From Snowella sp. (GTDB lineage: Bacteria; Cyanobacteriota; Cyanobacteriia; Cyanobacteriales; Microcystaceae): a DNA stretch of 64,000 nt. The DNA is taken from the NCBI GenBank assembly GCA_035285545.1, contig JAYKGY010000036.1:1-64000 (forward strand), given 5' to 3'. The stretch's first letter is position 1. Each line of letters starts with the position of its first letter. The translations under genes and the position numbers were made by a program. Below, piece by piece: positions 51,596 to 61,748 of this stretch. The notes beneath the pieces were generated by a model that was not told where the DNA came from, did no database searches, and saw only the letters and a list, made by a program, of their open reading frames with translations.

Positions 51596-51982
51596 TCAAT
51601 TTTTATTTAAGGTCACAACTTCTTCTAATACTTGTGCAATTGAAGGTTTTTCACAGGCAATTACTTCTGTCTTTAAATGTTTATGATGGGGAAAACTTAC
51701 AAGTTCAGGGAAATGGGGAGTGCTATCATAACGAAAAACTAAATTATTTTGATAATCTTGACAATGATAACGATAATCTAACGTCATTAGAGAATTGTTT
51801 TCAACAATAATTACTTCATTAATTTCTAGTAAATATTCAGTGCTCCAGCGAATGCGAATTCGTAGATTGACCCGATTATTCGTTTGTATTTCCTCAATAT
51901 AACGCTCAATATAAATATTTTCTAGAGAAAGTAAAATTGACTCAATTTCTGACAAATAGTCAGCTAAAAGCTTATGCAGCAT
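51596..51982 (-). CDS. TumE-like (DUF6516) toxin
   Basis: YRYH...FRYDSTPHFPELVSFPHHKH signature; 11-bp overlap with the small upstream ORF. Confidence 0.75.
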   Translation of the reverse strand: MLHKLLADYLSEIESILLSLENIYIERYIEEIQTNNRVNLRIRIRWSTEYLLEINEVIIVENNSLMTLDYRYHCQDYQNNLVFRYDSTPHFPELVSFPHHKHLKTEVIACEKPSIAQVLEEVVTLNKN

Positions 51983-52202
51983 AGCGTAACAAATTTATCA
52001 CTTCTGAATGTAAAGCTAGATAATGGCGATAATCATTTGCCCATTCAATAAAATCTAGTTCATCCCCTAACAAGCCTTTGGTATAACGATCAAAAAAATC
52101 TTCTGAATCAAATCCATAGCGATTTTCGTAAATGCTTAATCGTTTAGTCACGGCAAGTAAGGCATCTAATGGCGTAGAGTATTCAATTCTTTGTTTACGC
52201 AT
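51972..52202 (-). CDS. TumA-like antitoxin
   Basis: 76 aa; RLSIYENRYGFDSEDFF...GLLGDELDFIEWA; directly upstream of the toxin. Confidence 0.7.
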   Translation of the reverse strand: MRKQRIEYSTPLDALLAVTKRLSIYENRYGFDSEDFFDRYTKGLLGDELDFIEWANDYRHYLALHSEVINLLRYAA

Positions 52203-52318
52203 CCTACTTTTTCCAGCAATAACGTACTCTCAATTTAGCATTAAATACTATCAGGTGAGATCTGGGCAGATGTCCAGAAAAATAATGCTGATTGAGTTAG
52301 AAATGATTGACGAAATCT

Positions 52319-52579
52319 TTAAGCGGCTAATAGCGGATCTAACTTTCCACCATATTCCAAGGCGTGGAGGTCATCACAGCCCCCGATATGCTGATTATTA
52401 ATAAAAATTTGGGGTAAACTTCGTCGGCCATTGGCGCGTTCTGCCATCACTGCACGGGCGGCTTCGTCTCCGTCAATACAATATTCCGTAAAGTCCACGT
52501 TTTTCTTGTTGAGTAATGCTTTGGCGCGAATACAAAACGGGCAGGAACTCCAGGTATAAACTTCAACTTTGGCAGCCAT
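52319..52579 (-). CDS. grxC: Glutaredoxin 3
   Basis: CPFC, SLPQIFI, IGGCDD. Confidence 0.92.
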   Translation of the reverse strand: MAAKVEVYTWSSCPFCIRAKALLNKKNVDFTEYCIDGDEAARAVMAERANGRRSLPQIFINNQHIGGCDDLHALEYGGKLDPLLAA

Positions 52580-52732
52580 AACCATTTGGGAATGTAAAGA
52601 AATATTACTAATTCAATTGTAGACTGAAGAGAGTTACCTGCAAAGAGTCCTAATTCGCTTTTGTTGATCCAAGCGGATAGAACCAAACGCGATCGCTCAA
52701 TTTAACCAATCACTGATTTTCAGCATTTCGTT

Positions 52733-54064
52733 ATGACGCTAACAACCTCTCCTAACAAAACGGCTTCTTTACCCCCTGGTGATTTAGGTTTACCCGTATT
52801 GGGAGAAACCCTGAGCTTTCTGCGGGATGGGGATTTTGCCAAAAAACGACAAGTCAAGTATGGCAAGGTTTTTAAAAGTCATATTTTTGGGAGTCCGACC
52901 ATTTTTCTGTCAGGGGCAGAGGCTAACCGTTTTCTGTTTACCAATGAAAATAAATTTTTTGTGGCTACCTGGCCCAAAAGCACTCGTATTCTCTTAGGCC
53001 CGGCATCCTTAGCGGTTCAAACAGGTGCATTCCACAGCGATCGCCGCAAATTACTCTATCAAGCCTTTCAACCCAGAGCCTTAGCCAGCTATATCCCCAA
53101 GATGGAGGAAATTACCCAACAGTACTTAGCCAAATGGCAACAGGCAAAAACTGTTACTTGGTATCCCGAAATCAGAAACTATACCTTTGATATTGCCAGT
53201 ACGCTGTTTGTGGGACAAGATGGTCGTTCCCATCCTGCGTTATTCACCAATTTTGAAACCTGGGTTGGAGGTTTGTTTTCCTTGCCCATTCCCTTGCCTT
53301 GGACATCCTTTGGTAAAGCTTTGCGCTGTCGGGAAGCCTTATTAAAAGAGATTGAAAAAATTGTTGTCCAACGTCAGCAAACTCAAGATTTCGGAGAAGA
53401 TGCCCTCAGTTTACTGTTACAGGCAAAGGATGAAGCGGGACAGGGGTTAAGCCTAGCGGAACTCAAGGATCAAATTTTACTCCTCCTGTTTGCAGGGCAC
53501 GAAACCATCACCTCGGCGATCGCGTCTTTTTGTTTATTAATCTCCCAATATCCTGACGTTCTCGAAAAAATACGAGCAGAGCAGAAAAAACAAAATCTTA
53601 CCTTTCCCCTGACCCCAGAATCTTTAAAATCTTTAACCTATTTAGATCAGGTATTAAAAGAAGTCTTGCGTTTTATTCCGCCAGTGGGGGGGGCATTTCG
53701 TAAGGTTATTGAAGATTGCGAGTTTCAAGGTTACCATTTCCCGAAAGATTGGCTGATTCAGTACCAAATTAACAACACTCACCGCGATCGCGACTTTTAC
53801 AGTAACCCTGAACGGTTTGATCCTGAGCGATTTAACCCAGAACGCGCCGAAGATAAACAACAAAGTTTCGGCTATGTTCCCTTTGGGGGCGGATTGCGAG
53901 AATGTTTAGGAAAAGAATTTGCTCGTTTGGAAATGAAAATTTTTGCCACCTATTTAGTCAACTATCTTCGTTGGGAATTATTACCCGATCAGGATTTGAG
54001 CATGACCGTCATTCCCACGCCCCATCCCCGCGATGGCCTAAAAGTTCAGTTTGCTGCTGATTAA
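52733..54064 (+). CDS. Cytochrome P450 (CYP120-like)
   Basis: LLFAGHET, EVLR, FDPERF, FGGGLRECLG. Confidence 0.93.
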   Translation: MTLTTSPNKTASLPPGDLGLPVLGETLSFLRDGDFAKKRQVKYGKVFKSHIFGSPTIFLSGAEANRFLFTNENKFFVATWPKSTRILLGPASLAVQTGAFHSDRRKLLYQAFQPRALASYIPKMEEITQQYLAKWQQAKTVTWYPEIRNYTFDIASTLFVGQDGRSHPALFTNFETWVGGLFSLPIPLPWTSFGKALRCREALLKEIEKIVVQRQQTQDFGEDALSLLLQAKDEAGQGLSLAELKDQILLLLFAGHETITSAIASFCLLISQYPDVLEKIRAEQKKQNLTFPLTPESLKSLTYLDQVLKEVLRFIPPVGGAFRKVIEDCEFQGYHFPKDWLIQYQINNTHRDRDFYSNPERFDPERFNPERAEDKQQSFGYVPFGGGLRECLGKEFARLEMKIFATYLVNYLRWELLPDQDLSMTVIPTPHPRDGLKVQFAAD

Positions 54065-54081
54065 AGGAGGACAGAGGCAAT

Positions 54082-54114
54082 AAAAAACCCGCCCCAACTT
54101 TTTTCAGAGCGAGC
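54082..54114 (-). terminator. Intrinsic terminator of the 54137-54556 gene
   Basis: Minus strand GCTCGCTC...GGGCGGGT stem (G-U rich) followed by a T run. Confidence 0.65.
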
Positions 54115-54136
54115 TTTGCATAAATCCATTGAATTC

Positions 54137-54556
54137 TTAGTCTAAAAATCCCATTAAGGTTGCGGGGTCGTCAATTTCATTGGATGCAACAGGCCGGTTG
54201 CCCATAACGGAATACATTTCGCTGATATTGAGGTGACTGACTGCAATGGGACGATTCCCCGAAACCGTTAACGTGCTGCTAACTTCCATGTTATTAGCGG
54301 TAATGGGACGGGTCGCCCCGACGGAATTATAGGTTCCAACAATCTGCAAATGGCTGGCTTCGATAGGACGGTTGCCGGGTAATCCATCAGGGGATTGTAA
54401 AAGTTTTAAACTACCCGATTGAGCAGTAGAAACCGATAGCGCAGTAACTTCTTGAGTGTCTTTGGTTTTCTTGGCTCTCGTAGAAGTTGTTTTGGCCGTT
54501 TCCTTGGCTTGTTCGCCTTCTTGGGAAGGATTTCCGTTTGTTTCCACTGTCGTCAT
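54137..54556 (-). CDS. Hypothetical protein with four GNRP(I/V)-type repeats
   Basis: AGGAG RBS; repeats GNRPI, ATRPI, GNRPI, GNRPV at 19-20 aa spacing; own terminator. Confidence 0.75.
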   Translation of the reverse strand: MTTVETNGNPSQEGEQAKETAKTTSTRAKKTKDTQEVTALSVSTAQSGSLKLLQSPDGLPGNRPIEASHLQIVGTYNSVGATRPITANNMEVSSTLTVSGNRPIAVSHLNISEMYSVMGNRPVASNEIDDPATLMGFLD

Positions 54557-54733
54557 TGTGCCTTTCTCCTGGTTTTAATGTTAAAAATTTAAGCCTTGCT
54601 CAGTAGGGACGGGATGGCCCAGCTTAAAGCTTCTTTTAAGAATTGCTTCTATGATTAAAGATACACCTATCGTTGAATGCTCAAAGATAGAGATTGATAA
54701 TATGACTAATTATCCCAGACTATAACCACTTTT

Positions 54734-56755
54734 GTGATGACGGATAGCCTTTTTCATCTTCATGCTCCCTTTCAACCTACCGGGGATCAACCCACCGCGA
54801 TCGCGGCCTTAGTGCACTCTCTTCAAAACGGAAATCGTCTACAAACCCTCCTCGGCGCAACAGGGACAGGCAAAACCTTTTCAGTCGCAGCCGTGATTGA
54901 AAAAATCGGTCGGCCCACCTTAGTTCTGGCTCATAACAAAACCTTAGCCGCCCAATTATGTAATGAGTTTCGACAATTTTTTCCCAATAATGCCGTCGAA
55001 TATTTTATTAGTTATTACGATTATTATCAGCCCGAAGCCTATATTCCCGTTACCGACACCTATATTGAAAAAACGGCTTCGATTAATGAAGAAATTGATA
55101 TGTTACGGCACTCGGCCACCCGTTCCTTATTTGAACGTCGAGATGTGATTGTGGTTGCGTCCATTAGCTGTATCTATGGGTTAGGAATGCCTGCGGAATA
55201 TTTAAAAGCAGCCGTTCCCTTAGAAGTGGGTAAAGAATTAGATCCAAGGCAATTAATCCGTAAGTTAGTCAATGTTCAATACGAGCGCAATGATGTGGAT
55301 TTACAACGCGGTAAATTCCGCTTAAAAGGTGATGTTTTAGAAATTGTTCCTGCCTATGAAGATCGCATTGTTCGGGTTGAATTTTTTGGAGATGAAATTG
55401 AAGTAATTCGTTATATTGATCCTGTAACAGGAGAAATTTTAAGTCAATTAAATAATATTAATATTTATCCCGCTCGCCACTTTGTCACCCCCGAAGAAAC
55501 CCTAGAATCTGCCTGTTTATCCATTGAAAATGAACTCAAAGAACAGGTAGCCCTATTAGAAAAAAATAATCAGTTATTAGAAGCCCAACGGCTGAGCCAA
55601 CGCACTCGTTACGATTTGGAAATGTTGCGGGAAGTGGGTTATTGTAATGGCGTTGAAAATTATTCCCGTTATTTAGCCGGACGGAATGCAGGGGAGCCGC
55701 CCGAATGTTTAATTGACTATTTTCCCGATGATTGGTTATTGGTCATTGATGAATCCCACGTTACGATTCCGCAATTGCGGGGAATGTATAACGGCGATCA
55801 GGCTCGGAAAAAAGTATTAATTGATCATGGTTTCCGTTTACCCAGTGCGGCAGATAATCGACCCTTAAAATCCGAAGAATTTTGGCAAAAGGTGAGTCAA
55901 TGTATTTGTGTTTCGGCAACCCCTGGAGCTTGGGAATTAGAACAATCAGAAGATCGGGTCTTTGAACAAATTATTCGACCAACAGGTATTCTTGATCCCG
56001 AAATTTTTGTGCGTCCGACCTTGGGGCAAGTGGATGATTTATATGGCGAAATCCGAGAACGAGTAGAACGGCAAGAACGGGTTTTAATTACCACTTTAAC
56101 TAAGAAAATGGCGGAGGATTTAACGGAATTTTTCCACGAAAGAGCCATTCGGGTTCAATATTTACACTCAGAAATTCAGTCTATTCAACGGATCGAAATT
56201 ATTCAATCGCTCAAAAATGGGGAATTTGATGTGCTTATCGGGGTGAACCTTTTACGGGAAGGGCTGGATTTACCCGAAGTGTCCTTAGTTGCCATTTTAG
56301 ATGCGGACAAAGAGGGCTTTTTACGGTCAGAGCGATCGCTGATTCAGACCATTGGCCGGGCTGCCCGACACATTAACGGTCAAGCCATTTTATATGCAGA
56401 TAATTTGACCGATAGTATGCTCAGAGCCATTGAGGAAACGGAACGAAGACGAGCCATTCAGCAGGAATACAACGAGAAAAATGGCATTCAACCCCAAGCC
56501 ATTCAATCTCGTGCCAGCAATGCGATTTTGTCATTTTTGGATATTTCGCGTCGTTTAAATGCTCAGCAGTTAGAGGAAGTCTACGAGCAAGCGGATGATT
56601 TACCGTTAGAGCAAATTCCCAATGTGATTCACCAGTTAGAAGACCAAATGAAAGAAGCGGCCAAAAAGTTAGAGTTTGAAGAAGCTGCCAAGTTTCGCGA
56701 TCGCATTCAACAGTTCCGCGATCGGCTGTTGGGCCACGCGAAGAACAAGCCTTGA
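54734..56755 (+). CDS. uvrB: Excinuclease ABC subunit B
   Basis: [35 protein letters not shown]-terminal UVR domain. Confidence 0.98.
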   Translation: MMTDSLFHLHAPFQPTGDQPTAIAALVHSLQNGNRLQTLLGATGTGKTFSVAAVIEKIGRPTLVLAHNKTLAAQLCNEFRQFFPNNAVEYFISYYDYYQPEAYIPVTDTYIEKTASINEEIDMLRHSATRSLFERRDVIVVASISCIYGLGMPAEYLKAAVPLEVGKELDPRQLIRKLVNVQYERNDVDLQRGKFRLKGDVLEIVPAYEDRIVRVEFFGDEIEVIRYIDPVTGEILSQLNNINIYPARHFVTPEETLESACLSIENELKEQVALLEKNNQLLEAQRLSQRTRYDLEMLREVGYCNGVENYSRYLAGRNAGEPPECLIDYFPDDWLLVIDESHVTIPQLRGMYNGDQARKKVLIDHGFRLPSAADNRPLKSEEFWQKVSQCICVSATPGAWELEQSEDRVFEQIIRPTGILDPEIFVRPTLGQVDDLYGEIRERVERQERVLITTLTKKMAEDLTEFFHERAIRVQYLHSEIQSIQRIEIIQSLKNGEFDVLIGVNLLREGLDLPEVSLVAILDADKEGFLRSERSLIQTIGRAARHINGQAILYADNLTDSMLRAIEETERRRAIQQEYNEKNGIQPQAIQSRASNAILSFLDISRRLNAQQLEEVYEQADDLPLEQIPNVIHQLEDQMKEAAKKLEFEEAAKFRDRIQQFRDRLLGHAKNKP

Positions 56756-57037
56756 TTTAGCTGAGAATTATCGAAAAAGTTACAGTAAGTCTTGGTTATA
56801 AATCCTCATAAACCGTAAATAGGCGGAATATGGGCTTGACCATCTTTATCTTTAATTTGGTGCAGTTCTTAAGGCTTGGTTAACTTTACCTGATCACGTC
56901 TGGGATTATCATTATCGTTCATTGGGGATCATGTCTTCAGTATGCGTCTATAACGAAGAATATCCAAAAGATAGGTCAAATTTTCAAAATGCAAGATAAC
57001 TATTTTCAAGAAGCTTCAATGAACAGCGTTAAAAGAC

Positions 57038-57697
57038 TCAAGTGCTGATTTGTCCCCAACCGACGGGTGGTAAGGCAATCACTTCCCCGACTTTGCCGTG
57101 AGAAACTCGCTTCATGGAACCACTTAACCAGATAAAGAGTGACGTAAAATCTAAGCCATTGAGCATCACAGGCGGGCGTTCAGGGGGAACAATATAACGC
57201 AATGTATCCATATCAGCCCCTTCGACTCCGGCGGCAAAGAAGAGGAGTTTATTATTGTGCTCTGCTTCCTGTAACCGTTGGGAGGCATTTCTCCAGGTAT
57301 CTGTTGGTGCGCCATCGGTAATCATAAATACCCAAGGGCGATAATATTGAATCCCGTTCGCTTTGTAGGTTGCTTTGCGCTGCTCTAGGATATCTAAGGC
57401 ATACTCGATCGCTTGCCCCATTGGAGTCATGCCATCAGCCTGCAAAACAGGCGGAATAAAATCATCAACGGTCACAAAATCTTGGACTAACTTAACACTT
57501 TTACCAAACTGAATGATCGCAACTTCGACACTTAAAGAAGCTTGGGTATCTCGCAGCAGATCATCTTTAAAAGTTCTCAGACCCTCATTTAATTCCTGAA
57601 TGGGTTTGCCTGACATTGAACGAGAAGTGTCTAATAAAAGAATGACAGGACAACGGTTTTCTGGGTTTTCAATAAATTCAGGTAATCCTACTGGCAT
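57038..57697 (-). CDS. TerY-like vWA domain protein
   Basis: RCPVILLLDTSRSM MIDAS, TPMGQA, YYRPWVFMITDGAPTD, LFIWLS. Confidence 0.88.
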   Translation of the reverse strand: MPVGLPEFIENPENRCPVILLLDTSRSMSGKPIQELNEGLRTFKDDLLRDTQASLSVEVAIIQFGKSVKLVQDFVTVDDFIPPVLQADGMTPMGQAIEYALDILEQRKATYKANGIQYYRPWVFMITDGAPTDTWRNASQRLQEAEHNNKLLFFAAGVEGADMDTLRYIVPPERPPVMLNGLDFTSLFIWLSGSMKRVSHGKVGEVIALPPVGWGQIST

Positions 57698-57809
57698 GGG
57701 TAGTCTCCTTAAGCGGGTTGATCAAATAGCAGCCTACAAAATAATCTAATTCAATTAATGATGAAGGCAACCTTTAGGATAGGTCGAAAAGCCCAAATTG
57801 TCATGTTAA

Positions 57810-58604
57810 CTACGCGATCGCCGCTTTGAGTTGACGACAGAAAGTTTCGATAGATTTTAAGCCTTCTTCCGGCGTTCCTTCGGCTAACCGTTTCACAAAG
57901 GCACTCCCGACGATGACGGCATCGGCTCCCCATTGTTTCACTTGCAGGGCTTGCTCAGGCTGGGAAATACCAAAACCGACCCCAACGGGTTTATCCGTAA
58001 CTTGCCGAATATTGGTGATTAATTCTTCGACTCTGGTGGCCACTTGATTCCGCATTCCCGTTACCCCTGTCACACTCACTAAATAAATAAAACCTTGGGA
58101 TTGTTTCGCGATCGCCTGAATCCGTTCAATCGGACTCGTCGGTGCAATTAATAGGGTTAAATCCACCCCCATTTCAGCCGCGGGTTTAATGAGGTTTTCT
58201 GATTCTTCGAGGGGTAAATCGGGAACCACTAGACCTTTAACGCCCGCTTCTAGCACTTGTTGCAAAAAGGCTTCTACTCCCCGATAAAAAATGGGATTGT
58301 AATAGGTAAACAGAATAATGGGAGCTTTAATCTCTGCTTTCGCTTCTTTAACAATGCCCAACACATCCTCTAACTTGACTTCCTTTTGCAGGGCACGGGT
58401 AGCGGCGGCTTGAATGACGGGCCCATCAGCCAAAGGATCGGAATAGGGCACACCTAACTCAATTAAATCGGCTCCTGCTTGGTCAAGAATGCGTAATGCT
58501 TTTGCGGTGGTTGCTAAGTCGGGATCGCCTGCGGTGAGAAACGGGATTAATGCACATTGTTGACGATCGCGGAGGGCTTGAAAACAATCAGAAACCGAAG
58601 TCAT
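57810..58604 (-). CDS. trpA: Tryptophan synthase alpha chain
   Basis: [31 protein letters not shown]. Confidence 0.97.
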   Translation of the reverse strand: MTSVSDCFQALRDRQQCALIPFLTAGDPDLATTAKALRILDQAGADLIELGVPYSDPLADGPVIQAAATRALQKEVKLEDVLGIVKEAKAEIKAPIILFTYYNPIFYRGVEAFLQQVLEAGVKGLVVPDLPLEESENLIKPAAEMGVDLTLLIAPTSPIERIQAIAKQSQGFIYLVSVTGVTGMRNQVATRVEELITNIRQVTDKPVGVGFGISQPEQALQVKQWGADAVIVGSAFVKRLAEGTPEEGLKSIETFCRQLKAAIA

Positions 58605-58774
58605 GGGTAATGTTGATGAGTTAGGGTGTCTCGTTAAAGTCTGTTAACATTCTGCCATGTTGTGATGCCCTACTAAAACCTATGTTCGAGATCGGCAATC
58701 ATTCAACTAGCGTCGGCGTTCAGGTCGAGAATTGATGAGATTTATAAATTTAAATAGGGTTAAGCAAAGCGGAG

Positions 58775-58783
58775 TGATATACT
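58775..58783 (+). promoter_or_regulatory. Extended -10 promoter (TGaTATACT) of the riboswitch leader
   Basis: TG-N-TATACT immediately upstream of the riboswitch. Confidence 0.6.
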
Positions 58784-58789
58784 AGGCGG

Positions 58790-58912
58790 ATTCGGTTTTG
58801 CTGGGGAACAGCCATCAAAGGTAAGGGGGAAAGCTTGGTGCAAGTCCAACACTGTCCCGCAACTGTAAATTCAATGGATTGAGTATTGAAAAGTCAGGAT
58901 GCCCGCCGAAAA
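58790..58912 (+). promoter_or_regulatory. Cobalamin (B12) riboswitch
   Basis: GGT...GGGAAAGCTTGGTGCAAGTCCAACACTGTCCCGCAACTGTAA...AAGTCAGGATGCCCGCC matches the B12-element core and B12 box. Ends approximate. Confidence 0.92.
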
Positions 58913-58950
58913 GGTTATATAATTCCAGTTTTTCATCTGCGAGGTACAAG

Positions 58951-59142
58951 ATGACCAGCCAAACTTTTTCTGCTGTTACGCAACGAACAATTCGTTTAAC
59001 CCTATCGACCCCAGTACAGAGTGCTTTATTTCTTGCTTTGTGTGGATTAACGCTCTGGACAGTCTATTTTTCCAGCTACCCTGCGGCCCATAATGCAGCC
59101 CATTCCCTACGCCACAATACTTTAACGGTGTCTTGTCATTAA
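58951..59142 (+). CDS. cbtB: CbtB-like small cobalt transport subunit
   Basis: One TM segment then HNAAHSLRH...SCH; GAGG RBS before ATG 58951; downstream of the riboswitch. Confidence 0.8.
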   Translation: MTSQTFSAVTQRTIRLTLSTPVQSALFLALCGLTLWTVYFSSYPAAHNAAHSLRHNTLTVSCH

Positions 59143-59171
59143 TTAAGCTGGAATTTCTGCCCATTAAAACA

Positions 59172-60365
59172 ATGAAATATTTGAAACTTGCCTGCCTCGT
59201 CAGCCTACTTTGCCTGATGGGTCATTTTACCTTTGGCGATCGCGTTTTTTCCCAAGCTTCCCGACCATCTTTGCAATTAGTGACGGAGCCGACTTTAGAA
59301 CAAATTCGCCCATTTGATTCAACGGCAACCGAGCAACAACCCATCCGTTTTACAATTAAAGCGTTAGATGAAAAAAGCCAACCGTTACCCAATGCCCAGA
59401 TTCATTTAACCTTATTCACTCCACCGCGATCGCCTTGGTTCTCAACCGATTTTCCCTGGGTAGAAGGCACAACCCTTTTAGATTTAACCCAGACTAGCTC
59501 AACCGGTTCTGTAGAATTTCAACAAATTTTACCGATTCGGGGTAAATATAGGCTTAAAGCAGCGATTAAACCTCTCATTGTCAATGAATTTCAAGCTTTT
59601 GAGCAGGATCTAACCTTTGCGATCGCCGAAAATGCGGGCAAGTATCAAAATTATTTTATTTTACTCGGTGTATTAATTCTGATCGGTTTAGCCGGCGGCT
59701 GGATTATTGGTACACAAGAGAAAATTGAATTAGGAGAAATTGCTCCCCAACGGGTTCGTTTATTGCTCAGCGGGGTAACAGTAGCAGCGATCGCGTCTTT
59801 GTTGTGGATTAATATCAGTGCGGAATTGCCAGCGGTTCATTCTCATTCCCATGCGGATCACGACCACGATCATGGACATCATCACCCTACTCACGACCAT
59901 TCCGAAACCCAAATTTTAGCCAATCAAAGCAAAACCGCAGCATTAAACGTGGAATTGCTCGGCGATAAAAGCGCAATGGTTGGACAATTGGCCAATTTTC
60001 AAGTTAAAGCCATCAATCCCGAAACCCAAAAGCCTGCATCTGATTTACCGTTAACCATTCAAGCGAGTCAATTAGAAGGCGATCGCGTTATCTTTGCAAC
60101 CCAAGCTCAAACCGATGCTCAAGGCCAATTCAGTTGGCAAGCACAATTTTTTGATGGTTCGCCCCATCAAGTGAAAGTTACCATTCCGGCTAATGCTGAA
60201 GCTAACCCCTTACAAGTGGGTCAAGAAATTGAGGTAGAAGGCTTAGAACCGACTCTATTAATCCGTTTAATCAGTTTGGGCTATATGGTCATCCCATTGG
60301 CGATCGCGTTTATGGTTGGTTTTGGCATTCATCGTTTCCGTCAATTTCCCCCAGTTAAACGCTAA
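59172..60365 (+). CDS. Uncharacterised His-rich membrane protein
   Basis: Signal peptide, beta-rich domain, two TM segments, HSHSHADHDHDHGHHHPTHDH linker, second beta-rich domain, C-terminal TM. Confidence 0.8.
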   Translation: MKYLKLACLVSLLCLMGHFTFGDRVFSQASRPSLQLVTEPTLEQIRPFDSTATEQQPIRFTIKALDEKSQPLPNAQIHLTLFTPPRSPWFSTDFPWVEGTTLLDLTQTSSTGSVEFQQILPIRGKYRLKAAIKPLIVNEFQAFEQDLTFAIAENAGKYQNYFILLGVLILIGLAGGWIIGTQEKIELGEIAPQRVRLLLSGVTVAAIASLLWINISAELPAVHSHSHADHDHDHGHHHPTHDHSETQILANQSKTAALNVELLGDKSAMVGQLANFQVKAINPETQKPASDLPLTIQASQLEGDRVIFATQAQTDAQGQFSWQAQFFDGSPHQVKVTIPANAEANPLQVGQEIEVEGLEPTLLIRLISLGYMVIPLAIAFMVGFGIHRFRQFPPVKR

Positions 60366-60479
60366 AACTAAAGTGAGTGATGAATAAAATGTAGTCCAAT
60401 GGTTACAGCAGCAGAAAACAAGCTTCATTGTCTAATTGATCAATAAAACGAGTCATGATGAAGCCAGTAAGATACTCTT

Positions 60480-61025
60480 TTAATCAAAAACATCAGCTTC
60501 TTTGAAAAATTTTCCTGCTTTATCTTTAGCTGATAAAATGGGTTCGTCTTTTAATTGCCAATCAATTCCTAAATCGGGATCATTCCAAAGAATTGTTCGG
60601 TCACATTGGGGCACGTAGTAGTTAGTCGTTTTATATAAAAATTCGGCAGAGTCTGAAAACACAACGAACCCATGGGCAAAACCTTCAGGAATCCAAAACT
60701 GACGTTTATTGTCGGCGTTTAACAGACAACTCGCCCATTGACCAAAGGTGGGAGAACTGCGACGCAGATCAACGGCAATGTCTAAGACTTCACCCGCTAT
60801 AACCCGAACCAACTTTCCTTGAGGTTGTTGGATTTGATAGTGTAAACCTCGCAGCACATTTTTTAAAGATAATGAGTGATTATCTTGGACAAACTTGGGA
60901 GAAATGCCTGTTTTATCCGCAAAAACCTGTTCATTATAACTTTCAAAAAAAAAGCCCCTTTCATCACCAAAAACGTTGGGTTCTAGAATCAAAACATCAG
61001 GAATGGGGGTAGAAATAACGTTCAT
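60480..61025 (-). CDS. rfbC: dTDP-4-dehydrorhamnose 3,5-epimerase
   Basis: FGDERGFF, VQDNHS, VLRGLHYQ, PEGFAHGF. Confidence 0.96.
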   Translation of the reverse strand: MNVISTPIPDVLILEPNVFGDERGFFFESYNEQVFADKTGISPKFVQDNHSLSLKNVLRGLHYQIQQPQGKLVRVIAGEVLDIAVDLRRSSPTFGQWASCLLNADNKRQFWIPEGFAHGFVVFSDSAEFLYKTTNYYVPQCDRTILWNDPDLGIDWQLKDEPILSAKDKAGKFFKEADVFD

Positions 61026-61100
61026 TCTGTTAATAAGCTCTACCCAGCGGATCAACACCGAAGCTGGGAGCATTTCTAGGAAATCAAGAACTCAATTATT

Positions 61101-61745
61101 CTAAACGGTTAAAGACACAAGTTCTTCTAATTCTTGCCAACCTAATCCCCGTCTTACCACACTTGGTTCGGAATCGGTGAGATCGAGAATCGTAGAGGTT
61201 TCATAGCCGGTTTCTTGTTCGTCATCCACAATAATGTCAACTAATTTATCAAAAATATCAAATAATTCGGCTTTATCAAGATTATCTAATTCGTCATGAT
61301 CGGGTAAATGGGCGGAGGTTGAAATGACGGGATTTTCTAAGGTTTTTAATAGGGCTTGGGAAACGGGGTGATCAGGAACGCGAATCCCTGTGGTTTTTCG
61401 TTTGGGATTCATGACTAATTTTGGGACAAGTTTAGTCGTAGGAAGCAAAAAAGTGTAGGGGCCAGGAATTAACCGTTTCATAATTCGATAAGCCTGATCG
61501 GAGACGATCGCGTACTCGGAAATATTGGAAAGAGAAGAACAAAGAAACGTCAACGGTTTATCATTGGATAGTTGCTTTAATTGGCGAACCCGCTGTACAG
61601 CAGATTTATCGTTGAGATCGCAACCGATCGCGTAAACGGTATCCGTCGGATAAAGCATAATTGCCCCGCGTTTCAGTGCATCGCAAATGGTATTGACCGT
61701 GCGTTGTTGAGGGTTTTGCGGATGGAGTGTATATAACGTAGCCAT
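61101..61745 (-). CDS. Sua5/YciO/YrdC family threonylcarbamoyl-AMP synthase-like protein
   Basis: [27 protein letters not shown]. Confidence 0.9.
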   Translation of the reverse strand: MATLYTLHPQNPQQRTVNTICDALKRGAIMLYPTDTVYAIGCDLNDKSAVQRVRQLKQLSNDKPLTFLCSSLSNISEYAIVSDQAYRIMKRLIPGPYTFLLPTTKLVPKLVMNPKRKTTGIRVPDHPVSQALLKTLENPVISTSAHLPDHDELDNLDKAELFDIFDKLVDIIVDDEQETGYETSTILDLTDSEPSVVRRGLGWQELEELVSLTV

Positions 61746-61748
61746 AAT

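Noticed and set aside
49680..52202. Prophage origin for the ligase/kinase region
   Set aside because: No integrase, structural genes or att-like repeats; HIP1 sites are present.
58879..58950. N-terminal extension of the cbtB ORF in the ORF track
   Set aside because: Overlaps the riboswitch; the RBS supports ATG 58951.
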